64,000 bases of DNA from an uncultured Thermoplasmatales archaeon (lineage in GTDB: Archaea > Thermoplasmatota > E2 > DHVEG-1): assembly GCA_964467345.1 (NCBI GenBank), contig CAYXPY010000007.1, forward strand, positions 11,868-75,867, given 5' to 3'. The notes below the pieces were generated by a model. The model ran no database searches. It was not told where the DNA came from and saw only the letters and a program-made list of their open reading frames with translations. The translations under genes and the position numbers were made by a program. Of this stretch, positions 17,244-26,899 are shown in pieces (the stretch's first letter is position 1; each line of letters opens with the position of its first letter).

Positions 17244-18473
17244 ATGTCAATAAAAGCATCGAAGCGTGCTCAGGGTGTTGAGTATGCGATTCGGGATGTG
17301 CTCATTCCGGCACGACAGCTGGAGAAGAAGGGAATCACAATTTTAAAACTCAATATCGGTGATCCGAACGCATATGATTTCGACACACCACAACATATAA
17401 AAGAAGCGCTGTACAAAGCTGCAAATGAGCAACATAATGGCTATGCTCCCTCAGAGGGGTTCCTTGAATTACGCCAAGCAATCATCGAACGGGAAAAAAA
17501 GAGAAATAATGTCACCTACACCCCAGATGATATCTGTGTCACCACCGGTGTCACCGAAGGCCTTCAGATGCTGCTGAATGCATCGTTAGACCCAAAAGAC
17601 GAGTTATTGATACCTGGACCAACCTACCCGCAGTACAACGTTATCACAAAATTCGCTGATGCAGAACCGATATCGTATCATTGCATCGAAAAAGAAAACT
17701 GGCAGCCTGATGTCGATGACATCCGGCGGAAGATTACAGAACGGACCAAAGGAATTGTCCTTATCAATCCGAACAACCCGACTGGCGCGCTATATTCAAA
17801 AAAAGTGTTACAACAGATCATAGACATCGCTGGGGAACATGGTATCATGGTTATCTCTGATGAGATTTACGATGATTTAACCTTTGATGGAAAACAACAT
17901 GCGACAGCGTCACTAACAAAAGATGTCCCTGTTATAACCTTCAACGGCTTTTCAAAAGTATATGTCATGCCAGGATGGCGTATCGGATATACCTTGTTCA
18001 AACATACGGGGGACCTTGATGAGATACAAGAGGCATTTATGCGTATTGCTCGGTCACGGCTCTGCGCTAATTCAGTCTGTCAACATGCGTGTATTCAGGC
18101 GTTACGCGGACCGCAGGATCACATAGAAGAAGTGAATGATAAATTACGCAAGAGACGTGATTTCTCTTACAAACGTTTGAATGAAATCGAGGGAGTCTCT
18201 ACAGCAAAACCAGATGGCGCTTTCTATATCTTCCCAAAAATTGAGGCAATGGAGTCAGGTCCTTGGAAGAATGATAAGGAATTCGTCCTTGATTTGTTGC
18301 AGGAAGCCCATGTGCTCGTGGTCAATGGGTCAGGGTTCTGCGCCACGTATGGGAAAGACCATTTCCGAGCGGTGATTCTTCCACCGATGGAGACGCTCGA
18401 AAAAGCATTTGATGCCATGGAAATCTTTATGAAAAAGAGGTTGAAGCAACAATATAGCGTTTCTTCGAATTGA
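17244..18473 (+). CDS. Class I/II pyridoxal-phosphate-dependent aminotransferase (aspartate/alanine aminotransferase family)
   Basis: MSIKASKRAQGVEYAIRDV N-terminus. NPNNPTGALYS. FNGFSKVYVMPGWRIGY (PLP-lysine context). ORF track begins at an upstream GTG (17214); ATG at 17244 is the likelier start. Confidence 0.8.
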   Translation: MSIKASKRAQGVEYAIRDVLIPARQLEKKGITILKLNIGDPNAYDFDTPQHIKEALYKAANEQHNGYAPSEGFLELRQAIIEREKKRNNVTYTPDDICVTTGVTEGLQMLLNASLDPKDELLIPGPTYPQYNVITKFADAEPISYHCIEKENWQPDVDDIRRKITERTKGIVLINPNNPTGALYSKKVLQQIIDIAGEHGIMVISDEIYDDLTFDGKQHATASLTKDVPVITFNGFSKVYVMPGWRIGYTLFKHTGDLDEIQEAFMRIARSRLCANSVCQHACIQALRGPQDHIEEVNDKLRKRRDFSYKRLNEIEGVSTAKPDGAFYIFPKIEAMESGPWKNDKEFVLDLLQEAHVLVVNGSGFCATYGKDHFRAVILPPMETLEKAFDAMEIFMKKRLKQQYSVSSN

Positions 18474-18543
18474 TGCCAGTGAATTATTTCCCATAAATAA
18501 GAATATAAATTAACAACATATACTCTATCTTGAGGTAAGGTAA

Positions 18544-18789
18544 ATGGAGGAAAATGAACCAAACATTTTTAACAGCCCGAAACTGAATGAATACAAAGCC
18601 ATGGAAACAAAACTGTATGGAGAGATATTGAAATCTTGTCGTTTTTATCAAAACAAACTAACTCTGATTTCTATTCTTGGCATTCTGGAGCTTGTCAGTC
18701 AGGATATTAGAGAATTAGACAAGACGAATGTGAAAAATGCTGAACAGGAGATTATTAGCAATCGAGATTTGTTGAATCGTTTGATATAA
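18544..18789 (+). CDS. Small hypothetical protein (81 aa)
   Basis: ORF with GAGGT RBS-like motif 6 nt upstream of ATG. No recognisable domain. Confidence 0.35.
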   Translation: MEENEPNIFNSPKLNEYKAMETKLYGEILKSCRFYQNKLTLISILGILELVSQDIRELDKTNVKNAEQEIISNRDLLNRLI

Positions 18790-18964
18790 GTTTTTTTTAT
18801 CCCAATTCATTTTCCTTTTTATTTCCTTACTTAGTTCGTAAGATTTTTTTTGTAAAGGAATATATTAGTATATATTTTTATATATATTTAATGTAGGGAA
18901 AATACAAGATATCATCAAAAGATTAAAGAAGAAAAGGGAGTTTAAGAACCCTGAGGAACACCCT

Positions 18965-19258
18965 ATGATTGTCGCATCACTAAGCATCGCGCCGCTCGGA
19001 AAAGGAACCAGCGTAAGCAGCTACGTAAGAATCGTCCTAGAAACCCTCAAAAAAGAACAGATAACCTACAAAACAAACGCAATGTCAACAGTCATCCAAA
19101 CAAAGGATTTGGAAACCCTATTCAGTGTGATCCAGAAAGCACATCACGCGGTGGCAACGGCAGGGGCAGAACGAATCATCACAGAAATAAAAATCGATGA
19201 CCGACGAGACAAAGAAGCAACAATCGACACTAAACTCCAATCAGTCCAACAAAAATAA
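18965..19258 (+). CDS. MTH1187/YkoF-family protein (DUF77, thiamine-binding-like fold)
   Basis: MIVASLSIAPLGKGTSVSSYV...AMSTVIQTKDLETLFSVIQKAHHAV...RIITEIKIDDRRDK closely follows the MTH1187 family pattern. Confidence 0.7.
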   Translation: MIVASLSIAPLGKGTSVSSYVRIVLETLKKEQITYKTNAMSTVIQTKDLETLFSVIQKAHHAVATAGAERIITEIKIDDRRDKEATIDTKLQSVQQK

Positions 19259-19283
19259 ACACAAAGGGTTTCAAAACAGTTAT

Positions 19284-19904
19284 ATGGCCCATCTTCATTT
19301 CGGGTTGCGGGAAGGTAATATCGTGTCATCAAAATCCTTAGTGGAAATATGTTTTCATGGACGAGGCGGACAAGGCGCAGTGACAGCCGCTAACCTTCTT
19401 GCAAGCGCAGCCTTACAAGATGGTAACAAAGGCGTTCAAGCGTTCCCATTCTTTGGTGCAGAACGAAGAGGAGCCCCGGTTAGAGCATTTGCCCGAATAT
19501 CGGGAGAAGAAATCCACTTACGAAGCGAAATCTACAATCCGGATATCGTCATCGTCCTTGACGAAAGCATCATGGAGCTCGTCGATGTGCTGAAAGGGGT
19601 TAAAGACGATGGGAAAATCCTAATAAACACCAGACGGAAACCCCAGGATTTCGAGTTTTCAAAAACCTATCATGTCGCAACCGTTGATGCAACAGCAATA
19701 GCACTCAAATATGAAATTCTTGTCGGCGGAATCCCTGTCGTCAACACACCAATCCTTGGTTCGGTGCCGAAGATATTAGATCGGGTCACCCTCCAATCGA
19801 TACAACAGGTGATTCTCGGGAAATGGACTGGTAAAAAAGAACTCGGGGAGCGAAACAGGAAGGCTACGCAGGATGCATACGATCAGACGGAGGTGAACTT
19901 TTGA
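19284..19904 (+). CDS. porG: Pyruvate/2-oxoacid:ferredoxin oxidoreductase gamma subunit
   Basis: EICFHGRGGQGAVTAANLLASAA...FPFFGAERRGAPV signature. The ORF-track start at 19197 overlaps the upstream gene. ATG at 19284 (or the GTG just before EICFHG) is more plausible. Confidence 0.8.
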   Translation: MAHLHFGLREGNIVSSKSLVEICFHGRGGQGAVTAANLLASAALQDGNKGVQAFPFFGAERRGAPVRAFARISGEEIHLRSEIYNPDIVIVLDESIMELVDVLKGVKDDGKILINTRRKPQDFEFSKTYHVATVDATAIALKYEILVGGIPVVNTPILGSVPKILDRVTLQSIQQVILGKWTGKKELGERNRKATQDAYDQTEVNF

Positions 19905-20173
19905 AGAAATACCCAGTTGAGACCAGTCTGTCCTATCCGAAAAAAGGTGCAATGGGAAAAACAGGCAGCTGGCGCGTATTCAAACCCATCCTTGACAAAA
20001 AAAAATGTGTCAAATGCCTCCGATGTTGGATCTTTTGCCCTGAAGGCTGCATCCGTCGTGAGAAGGATGATTCAGTCAGCATCGATTACGATTACTGTAA
20101 AGGCTGCGGCGTCTGCGCCAACGAATGCAACGTCAAAGCAATCATCATGGAACGAGAGGAGGCAAAGAAATAA
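19901..20173 (+). CDS. porD: Pyruvate:ferredoxin oxidoreductase delta subunit (2x[4Fe-4S] ferredoxin)
   Basis: CVKCLRCWIFCPEGCI and CKGCGVCANECNVKAI cluster motifs. ATGA overlap with porG. Confidence 0.85.
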   Translation: MKKYPVETSLSYPKKGAMGKTGSWRVFKPILDKKKCVKCLRCWIFCPEGCIRREKDDSVSIDYDYCKGCGVCANECNVKAIIMEREEAKK

Positions 20174-21327
20174 TGACAATCATGATGGATACCGGGAACC
20201 GTATCGCGGCAAAAGCAGCAATCATGGCAAAACCAGAGGTTGTGGCAGCATACCCCATCACACCACAGACGACACTTGTCGAGGCCATCGCAGAATATGT
20301 CGCCAACGGCGAATACAAAGGAGAATATATCTGCGTGGAAAGTGAACATTCCGCAATGTCTGCCTGCATTGGGGCAAGTGCGGCAGGCTCACGGACGTTT
20401 ACTGCGACCTCATCCCATGGCTTGTTATTGATGCATGAGATGCTCCATTGGGCGGCCCTTGCACGACTCCCGGTTGTCATGTGCAACATCAACCGGGTTA
20501 TAGGACCAGGATGGAACATCTGGGTTGACGAGAACGATTCGATTTCACAAAGAGACACCGGATGGATTCAATATTACTGTAGTAGCAACCAGGAGATTTT
20601 TGACACGGTCATTCAAGCATTCAAACTCGCAGAACATGAAAAAGTCGTCTTACCAGTCATGGTGAACCTCAACGCATTTATCCTCTCACATACCTCAATG
20701 CCTGCAGAAATCCCAAAACAACAGGTGATCGATGACTTTCTCGGAAAATATATCGCACAATGGAAAAGCGATGTCGAGAACCCCACCACCTTTGGCAACA
20801 TCATCGGTCCAGCACATTACTATAAGATACGACGAGCAATGCAAGACGCACAGAACCACGCAAAAAAACTCATCCCGCAGATTGCAAAAGATTGGAAAAA
20901 AGCCTCAGGATACTTCCATGGGGATTTATTGGAACATTACAGATGCGACGATGCAGAACACATCCTCCTGTCGATGGGTGCGATTGGGGCAGAAAGCAAA
21001 ATCGCTATCGATAATTTACAAAAAGAAGGACATAAAATCGGTCTTGCCCGCGTCCGGGTAATACGACCGTTTCCCACAGAAGACATCATCAAATTGGGGA
21101 AACAAGCAAATCTCATCGTCATCGATAGGAACATCTCTGTTGGTTTAGAAGGTGTTCTTTTCAATGAAACAAAAGCAGCATTATATAACAAGGCTGATAC
21201 AAAAGTAACCGGTTTCATCGCAGGTCTCGGTGGAAAAGACGTCACCTATAAGGACATTGAAACTATGTGTAAAAAAGCAATACAAGGCTCACTTGCAGAA
21301 CAAGAATGGTACGCGATGGAGGACTAA
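20173..21327 (+). CDS. porA: Pyruvate:ferredoxin oxidoreductase alpha subunit
   Basis: MTIMMDTGNRIAAKAAIMAKPEVVAAYPITPQT...EHSAMSACIGASAAGSRTFTATSSHGLLLM typical POR alpha. Start ATG overlaps porD TAA (TAATG). The ORF-track N-extension is rejected. Confidence 0.85.
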   Translation: MTIMMDTGNRIAAKAAIMAKPEVVAAYPITPQTTLVEAIAEYVANGEYKGEYICVESEHSAMSACIGASAAGSRTFTATSSHGLLLMHEMLHWAALARLPVVMCNINRVIGPGWNIWVDENDSISQRDTGWIQYYCSSNQEIFDTVIQAFKLAEHEKVVLPVMVNLNAFILSHTSMPAEIPKQQVIDDFLGKYIAQWKSDVENPTTFGNIIGPAHYYKIRRAMQDAQNHAKKLIPQIAKDWKKASGYFHGDLLEHYRCDDAEHILLSMGAIGAESKIAIDNLQKEGHKIGLARVRVIRPFPTEDIIKLGKQANLIVIDRNISVGLEGVLFNETKAALYNKADTKVTGFIAGLGGKDVTYKDIETMCKKAIQGSLAEQEWYAMED

Positions 21328-21330
21328 ACA

Positions 21331-22242
21331 ATGGCACTAAAAGATTTCCCCATTGATGAATGCCTTCTTCAAGGAAACGCAGCCTGCCCAGGATGCCCAG
21401 CAACAATCGGACTGCGCCTGGTGCTCAAGGCACTGGGAAAAAAGACCGTCATGGTTGTCCCAGCGTGTTGTACAGCAGTCATTGAAAGCCTGTATCCCTA
21501 TACCTCCTTTGACATCCCTGTTATGAACATTGCTTTTGAGGCAGCAGCTGCAGGTGCATCTGGTGTCGAGGCAGCATTACGACAGCAGGGACGCACAGAC
21601 ATTACCGTGGTCGCATGGGCTGGAGATGGGGGCACCTATGACATCGGTATCCAGGCACTCTCAGGTGCATTAGAAAGAGGAACCAATTTCATATACATCT
21701 GCTACAACAATCAGATCTACTCCAACACCGGTATCCAACGCAGTGGAGCGACCCCCTTTGCAGCATGGACCACGACGACCGTGGGTGGGAAAAATGAGTT
21801 CAGAAAAGAGATGGGAGAAATCATCCTTGCCCATCACATCCCTTATGCGGCTCAGACATGCATCAGCTATCCTGAGGACGTCTACAATAAAATAACAAAA
21901 GCAAAGAGCATCAAAGGCCCAAAATACATCGAGATCCTCGCACCCTGCCCTCCAGGTTGGCGATTCAGCATGGACAAAACCGTAGAGATGGGAAGATTAG
22001 CTGTTGATTCCGGTGCCTGGTCATTGTGGGAATGTGAAAACGATGCGATGACGTTTAACGGTAAAAGCAAGCTTCTTTTAGAAAAAAAGATCCCTCGTAA
22101 ACCGGTGGAGGACTGGATAAAGTACCAAGGGCGTTTCAGCCATCTTTTCAAACCACAGCGAGATGAGAAACGACTCAAAGCAATAGAGGAGTACGTTGAT
22201 AACATCTGGGAACGCTACCGAAAATGCTATCTGAAAGAGTAA
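21331..22242 (+). CDS. porB: Pyruvate:ferredoxin oxidoreductase beta subunit (TPP-binding)
   Basis: GCPGCPATIGLRLVLKALG...AWAGDGGTYDIG...CYNNQIYSNTG TPP-binding motifs. Confidence 0.85.
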   Translation: MALKDFPIDECLLQGNAACPGCPATIGLRLVLKALGKKTVMVVPACCTAVIESLYPYTSFDIPVMNIAFEAAAAGASGVEAALRQQGRTDITVVAWAGDGGTYDIGIQALSGALERGTNFIYICYNNQIYSNTGIQRSGATPFAAWTTTTVGGKNEFRKEMGEIILAHHIPYAAQTCISYPEDVYNKITKAKSIKGPKYIEILAPCPPGWRFSMDKTVEMGRLAVDSGAWSLWECENDAMTFNGKSKLLLEKKIPRKPVEDWIKYQGRFSHLFKPQRDEKRLKAIEEYVDNIWERYRKCYLKE

Positions 22243-22247
22243 ACCGT

Positions 22248-23120
22248 TTATCTCTCATGTAACACCCGTGCACCTTCCTCATCAATCGAGCAACAGAAAA
22301 CAGTGCCAAAGGAGGAAAGAACCTTGCACAGCATCGGGGTATTGCCGATCGCAAACACAGAGTTCCCAAGCATACACATACTTGCCATCCCATACTGGTT
22401 TGCTGATTCTATTGCACGAAGTATGGTGTTATCTGCCAAACCAACTTTTTTTGTAAAATCAAATCCTAAGGAAAACAGATGCTCAAGGCTTGGTTTTGCT
22501 AGGAGTTTTTTTGTACAGTATCTTCCATAGGATGCAATCTCTTCGACCTTGGCTGCATCGGTAAGTATCTTTTTTGTCTGCATCTTCTTCCCAACGACAC
22601 AGAGGACAACATCATACTTCCCAGGGATATGTTCAAGGATACCCCACGGAGGAAGACCGGCTTTCCGACGGATCTCAATGCCACCAAAGCTGCTCGAAAC
22701 CACATCACCCAACCCCGTATGTGATTGAATTTCTGCGTAATGCGCTGCTTTCAAAGCAGTTTCCTTTGTTAGATTGAGCAGATCGGAAAGAGCAAGTGCT
22801 GCGCTGAATGCTCCTGCGGCACTCATTCCAAATCCCTGACTTACCGGAAGGTCAATGGTTGTATGAACATCCGTTCTCAAAAATGTATCACTGGTGAGAT
22901 AATTTAGTGCTAACTTTGTGACGGGGGCTACAGATGGTCTCCCGTTTATATGAACCGTGATTGTGGGCGAAGATGCAGGTTTAACCTGCACATAACTGAC
23001 GGCACCTAAGGAGATGGAAAGCCCTGCCCCACGTGACCCTGACCGATCCATGTTCTGCCCAGAAAAAACCGGTTCGAAAAACGCAGAAATATGCCCAGGA
23101 GCAAACGCGATTCCTTTCAT
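22248..23120 (-). CDS. Pantoate kinase (archaeal CoA pathway, GHMP kinase family)
   Basis: GHMP motif PVSQGFGMSAAGAFSAALALS. N-terminus GIAFAPGHISAFFEPV. ORF-track start at 23171 would overlap coaBC; internal MKGIAFAPGH is the likely start. Confidence 0.6.
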   Translation of the reverse strand: MKGIAFAPGHISAFFEPVFSGQNMDRSGSRGAGLSISLGAVSYVQVKPASSPTITVHINGRPSVAPVTKLALNYLTSDTFLRTDVHTTIDLPVSQGFGMSAAGAFSAALALSDLLNLTKETALKAAHYAEIQSHTGLGDVVSSSFGGIEIRRKAGLPPWGILEHIPGKYDVVLCVVGKKMQTKKILTDAAKVEEIASYGRYCTKKLLAKPSLEHLFSLGFDFTKKVGLADNTILRAIESANQYGMASMCMLGNSVFAIGNTPMLCKVLSSFGTVFCCSIDEEGARVLHER

Positions 23121-23136
23121 AAGACCCCGTGCAAGA

Positions 23137-24336
23137 TTAGTCGAGCAGCAAATCAAGGATAACCGAGCCAAGCTCTTCTTTTTTTCCCTTCATCCAGGTG
23201 CTTTTCCCTTTTTTCGGAAGCAATAGAACCTCGTTAAAATCCCCTCCAAAACCAGCCAGTGTATTCCCAACAGCACCATCAAGTCGATACTTCTTCAGAA
23301 GCTGTTGGGCCCTTGGCTTCACAGTACTCTTTTTTTCCTCTGTCTTAAAGGCAATGATTTTTGTCTTGGGGAATTTCGAACGTAGTTGCTCAATAACAAC
23401 TGGTGCCTGATTACATTCAATACAGAATTCTTTTTTGCCAGACGGTATTTTTCCTTTCTGTTTTTTAGGAATGTAATTCGCGAGTGCTGCACAGACGATG
23501 ATACCATCAAAGTTCTTTGGTTTTTTCTCATGTACCAATGTGAGAAGATCCGCGAGAGTCTCAAACCGTCTGACAATGATACCTGGGGGGACTGGCTCTG
23601 TCCCAGAACCGTACCAAAGCTCCACATCCGCGCCTCGTTCAAAGGCATTCATACTCAATGAGACAGCGGTTTTCCCTGAACTTCTATTGGTAAGCACTCT
23701 GATATCATCCACTGGCTCAGCTGTTGCGCCACCGATAATCAGAATCTTTTTATTGACCAAATCACGTTTACCAATCGTTCGAATAACAGTCTGCACAATC
23801 TCAGAAATCTCAGGGAGTTTTGCCTTATTCCCAGAGAGATAGGGACTCATTACAAACACGCCATGGTCCTTACAGATCTTCATATTTTTTTGAACAATCT
23901 TATGGTCGTACATGGACAGATGCATGGCAGGGACAAGAAGAATCGGGACACCGGAACCAAGAGCAGTGGTTGCACAGGTGGTTACGGGGGTATCGTCGAT
24001 GCCACGTGCAATTTTTGAAATGGTATTGGCAGTACAGGGGGATATTAACAAGAGGTCAACAGGATTTTTCACAAGTCCGCACCAGGAAACATGCTCGGTC
24101 TGACCGGTAAGTTGAACGACCGGTTTATGTCCCGTCGCAAACTCCAACGCATCAGGATGAATAATTCGTGTCGCCGCGGGTGTCATGACCGGGTAGACAA
24201 TCGCACCATGACGGATCAGCTCACGGGCGAGTTTCACACACTCCACCGCAGCGATACTACCGCTCACCCCAAGAACAATGCGCTTCTGAAGAAGTTTGTT
24301 CGTTTTCTTCCCGCGCAACTCATCAGCAGGATGCAT
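23137..24336 (-). CDS. coaBC: Bifunctional phosphopantothenoylcysteine decarboxylase / phosphopantothenate-cysteine ligase
   Basis: Flavoprotein N-domain KRIVLGVSGSIAAVECVKLARELIRHGAIVYPVMT...PCTANTISKIARGIDDTPV. DFP C-domain KKILIIGGATAEPVDDIRVLTNRSSGKTA. Confidence 0.8.
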   Translation of the reverse strand: MHPADELRGKKTNKLLQKRIVLGVSGSIAAVECVKLARELIRHGAIVYPVMTPAATRIIHPDALEFATGHKPVVQLTGQTEHVSWCGLVKNPVDLLLISPCTANTISKIARGIDDTPVTTCATTALGSGVPILLVPAMHLSMYDHKIVQKNMKICKDHGVFVMSPYLSGNKAKLPEISEIVQTVIRTIGKRDLVNKKILIIGGATAEPVDDIRVLTNRSSGKTAVSLSMNAFERGADVELWYGSGTEPVPPGIIVRRFETLADLLTLVHEKKPKNFDGIIVCAALANYIPKKQKGKIPSGKKEFCIECNQAPVVIEQLRSKFPKTKIIAFKTEEKKSTVKPRAQQLLKKYRLDGAVGNTLAGFGGDFNEVLLLPKKGKSTWMKGKKEELGSVILDLLLD

Positions 24337-24357
24337 GTCATCACAATTCTATTATTT

Positions 24358-24798
24358 TTATCGGACGACCAGGACCGATCTACTGGCATGTCGAACAACC
24401 TTATCGGTGACACTCCCCAGTAAAAACCTTCCTTCTTTCCCATATCCTTTGTAACCGACAAGAATGATATCGCTATCATATTTTTTAGCAACAAGAAGGA
24501 TTTCATCAGCAGGGTCACCTGCCTCCACCGCAATATCAACCTTCCCAATCTTGCCGTCAAGGCTTTTTGCAATCTTCCCAAGGCTTTCCATGGCTTTCTC
24601 TTTAAAAGTACCTGGTGCCACTACCGTACTTAAATCAATGGTTGGTAACAGCATGTTGGTAAACGTTGATTCAACCAGTGCAGCAGGAATCACCGTGAGA
24701 ATGACAAGTTCATCATCAGGTGTTGAACACTGAACTGCCACATCAATGGCTTTTGTTGATGCTTCCGATCCATCATAGGCGACAAGTAATCGTTTCAT
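24358..24798 (-). CDS. Universal stress protein (UspA family)
   Basis: MKRLLVAYDGSEASTKAIDVAV...IILVGYKGYGK...GSVTDKVVRHASRSVLVVR. Confidence 0.8.
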   Translation of the reverse strand: MKRLLVAYDGSEASTKAIDVAVQCSTPDDELVILTVIPAALVESTFTNMLLPTIDLSTVVAPGTFKEKAMESLGKIAKSLDGKIGKVDIAVEAGDPADEILLVAKKYDSDIILVGYKGYGKEGRFLLGSVTDKVVRHASRSVLVVR

Positions 24799-24918
24799 AT
24801 TTCACCACAGTGCTGCTAGTAATGAACAACTCACTAAAAAAGATTTGTATTTTCCCCTTGAAAAAGAAATACAGGTCCTCTATAAAAAAAGTCCACTATT
24901 CTAGTCGATAATGAAACG

Positions 24919-25428
24919 TTATCTACAGAGATACATGAGAAAATCAGAAAGAGGTAACCCCTCCGCCCAACGCATGATAAAATTCCCATTTTTACTCCGC
25001 GACAGTTTAGGCAGTCGGTTTTGGAGAATCTTTGCGCGTCCCTCAAGGTGCTGAATATCCATGGTAAAAAGCCGCCATGCGTCGCCACCATGACCTTTCA
25101 AACGAAACCCATATACAGGCAAGGTCTTTGTTTTTTCGCATTCTTTCTGCATCTTTTCAGCTTGTCGCTGCAGTTTCCCATCAACACTACTGAAATGTAA
25201 TGTGTCCGTATTACTTGATTTTATCTCCATCAGAAACGAAATGTCTCCCCGAAGAGCAACCAGATCCACTCCGAAAGACCCTGCCGCCCGGACAACGATA
25301 AACGGTTTCTGCCTGGTGAGATAATAATTTCCTTTCTCCAAGACAGAGCATGTTTTCGTGACCTTACAGAGAATTTTTTCGTCCCCCTCAAGAATGCCTT
25401 TTAATTCCCGTTCATACACACTGCTCAT
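24919..25428 (-). CDS. Holliday-junction resolvase Hjc-like nuclease with a ~30-aa Cys-containing insertion
   Basis: YERELKGIL...FIVVRAAGSFGVDLVALRGDISFLMEIKSS matches the Hjc ERELV...VRAAGS..DL.A....L.EVKS core. Extra CKVTKTCSVLEKGNYY segment between. Confidence 0.5.
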   Translation of the reverse strand: MSSVYERELKGILEGDEKILCKVTKTCSVLEKGNYYLTRQKPFIVVRAAGSFGVDLVALRGDISFLMEIKSSNTDTLHFSSVDGKLQRQAEKMQKECEKTKTLPVYGFRLKGHGGDAWRLFTMDIQHLEGRAKILQNRLPKLSRSKNGNFIMRWAEGLPLSDFLMYLCR

Positions 25429-25509
25429 ATGAAAAAGGTAAAATACCTCGTAATGTTTTAATGTTTGGGATTGGAGCTTTCAATAAGACATCGATTTGGT
25501 GGATAGCAC

Positions 25510-26064
25510 ATGAGCAAAGATGTTCTGGTTAAAGAAGTTATGAAGACAAAGCCCGTGTTTGTACAACCTTTCACGACCGTGCTAGATGCAGCTCGAATTA
25601 TGAGAGACCATAAAATCGGAAACGTCATCATCTCAGAGGTGAACCATCCAATCGGAATCCTGACAGAAAGTGACATCATAAAAAAAGTGGTGTGCGAAGA
25701 CAAAAACCCAAAGGAAGTCCAAGTAGAAGAGGTGATGAGCAGCCCAATTATCGTAGCTGAACCATATATCTCCCTCCAAGAGGCGTTGATGATTATGGGA
25801 AAGTGCAATATCAGAAGGCTCCCCCTCGTCGAGAACAATGAACTTGTCGGGATAATTACCCAACGCGACATCTCTCGGCTCTCACCAGCACTCACAGAGA
25901 TTGCCCATGAATGGTCGAAGATTGAAACAAGAGACAAGGAATACATGCAAAGCCGAACGTTCTCTGGAAAATGTGAGGATTGCAATACATTATCTACGAA
26001 CCTTAAAAGTGTTGATGGTCGTTTACTCTGCGAGGACTGCATTGATGGATTGAAATATGAATAA
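25510..26064 (+). CDS. CBS-pair domain protein with C-terminal zinc-ribbon
   Basis: Two CBS motifs (IGNVIISE..., IRRLPLVENNELVGIITQRDI). C-terminal CEDCNTLS...CEDCIDG. Confidence 0.75.
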   Translation: MSKDVLVKEVMKTKPVFVQPFTTVLDAARIMRDHKIGNVIISEVNHPIGILTESDIIKKVVCEDKNPKEVQVEEVMSSPIIVAEPYISLQEALMIMGKCNIRRLPLVENNELVGIITQRDISRLSPALTEIAHEWSKIETRDKEYMQSRTFSGKCEDCNTLSTNLKSVDGRLLCEDCIDGLKYE

Positions 26065-26100
26065 AATCTTATAAGAAAACCAAATAGGAGGAAAACAGCG

Positions 26101-26880
26101 ATGAAAATAAAGGAAATTATGACGACGAAAATTATCTCAGTAGATAAAGACGATAGCTTAAAACTCGTACTGGATCTTATGAAAAAGCATGATATAACGA
26201 AGATACCGGTACTCGAGGAAAAAAAATTTTTTGGTTTAGCCACAGACAATGTGATTGCCTATAAACTCGGGTCGATACGCAAGAGAGGAATCACCGCATC
26301 CCGACTTCATGCATCGTCGGTCACAGAAAAAGAAGTACTTGTCGTCTCCCCTGACGAGGATGTGAAAAACATTTTAAAAACCGTCGGTGAACCAGGTCCA
26401 ACGATGTTACCTGTTGTAGAAAACGACAAGCTTGTGGGAGTCGTAACAAAAGCGGATTTACTACCCCTGGTCAAAAGCAAGAACCAACTCCATTCCATCA
26501 TGCAAAAAAAAGTCCATGCCGTCAGTATCGACGATCGGATAGTACACGCACGGAGAATCATGATTACAGAAAATGTCGCCCGTCTCCCTGTCCTTGAGGA
26601 AAAAAGACTGGTGGGTATCATTTCTGATATTGAGATTGCTCACGCCTTCGCATCGTTGAAAAAAGCCTTTTCACTCGGCAGACAAAAGCATCATCTGGAT
26701 GAACTCCTAGTAAAAGACGTCATGCGGTCTCCCGTGGTATGGACGAATCCGTCGATGAGTATTTTTGACGCCGCGCAACTCATGATGAAACAGAACATCG
26801 GTGCCTTACCGCTCATAGAGAATGAAAAACTCGTCGGGATGGTGACAAGAACCGATCTCCTCCGTTCTATTGTCATGTAA
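26101..26880 (+). CDS. Four-CBS-domain protein
   Basis: Four repeats of the hP.h....LvG.vT..Dll pattern. Confidence 0.75.
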   Translation: MKIKEIMTTKIISVDKDDSLKLVLDLMKKHDITKIPVLEEKKFFGLATDNVIAYKLGSIRKRGITASRLHASSVTEKEVLVVSPDEDVKNILKTVGEPGPTMLPVVENDKLVGVVTKADLLPLVKSKNQLHSIMQKKVHAVSIDDRIVHARRIMITENVARLPVLEEKRLVGIISDIEIAHAFASLKKAFSLGRQKHHLDELLVKDVMRSPVVWTNPSMSIFDAAQLMMKQNIGALPLIENEKLVGMVTRTDLLRSIVM

Positions 26881-26899
26881 AAAGCTTAAAGTAACATAG

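Noticed and set aside
19197-19283. N-terminal extension of porG proposed by the ORF track (MTDETKKQQ...)
   Set aside because: Overlaps the 3' end of the MTH1187-family gene in another frame. The conserved PorG N-terminus begins at EICFHGRGG, so a downstream ATG/GTG start is used.
25458-26249. 263-aa minus-strand ORF overlapping the CBS-domain gene
   Set aside because: Antisense to 25510..26064, which has clear CBS and zinc-ribbon motifs and a sensible start. The minus ORF is Ser/Phe/Ile-rich with no features.
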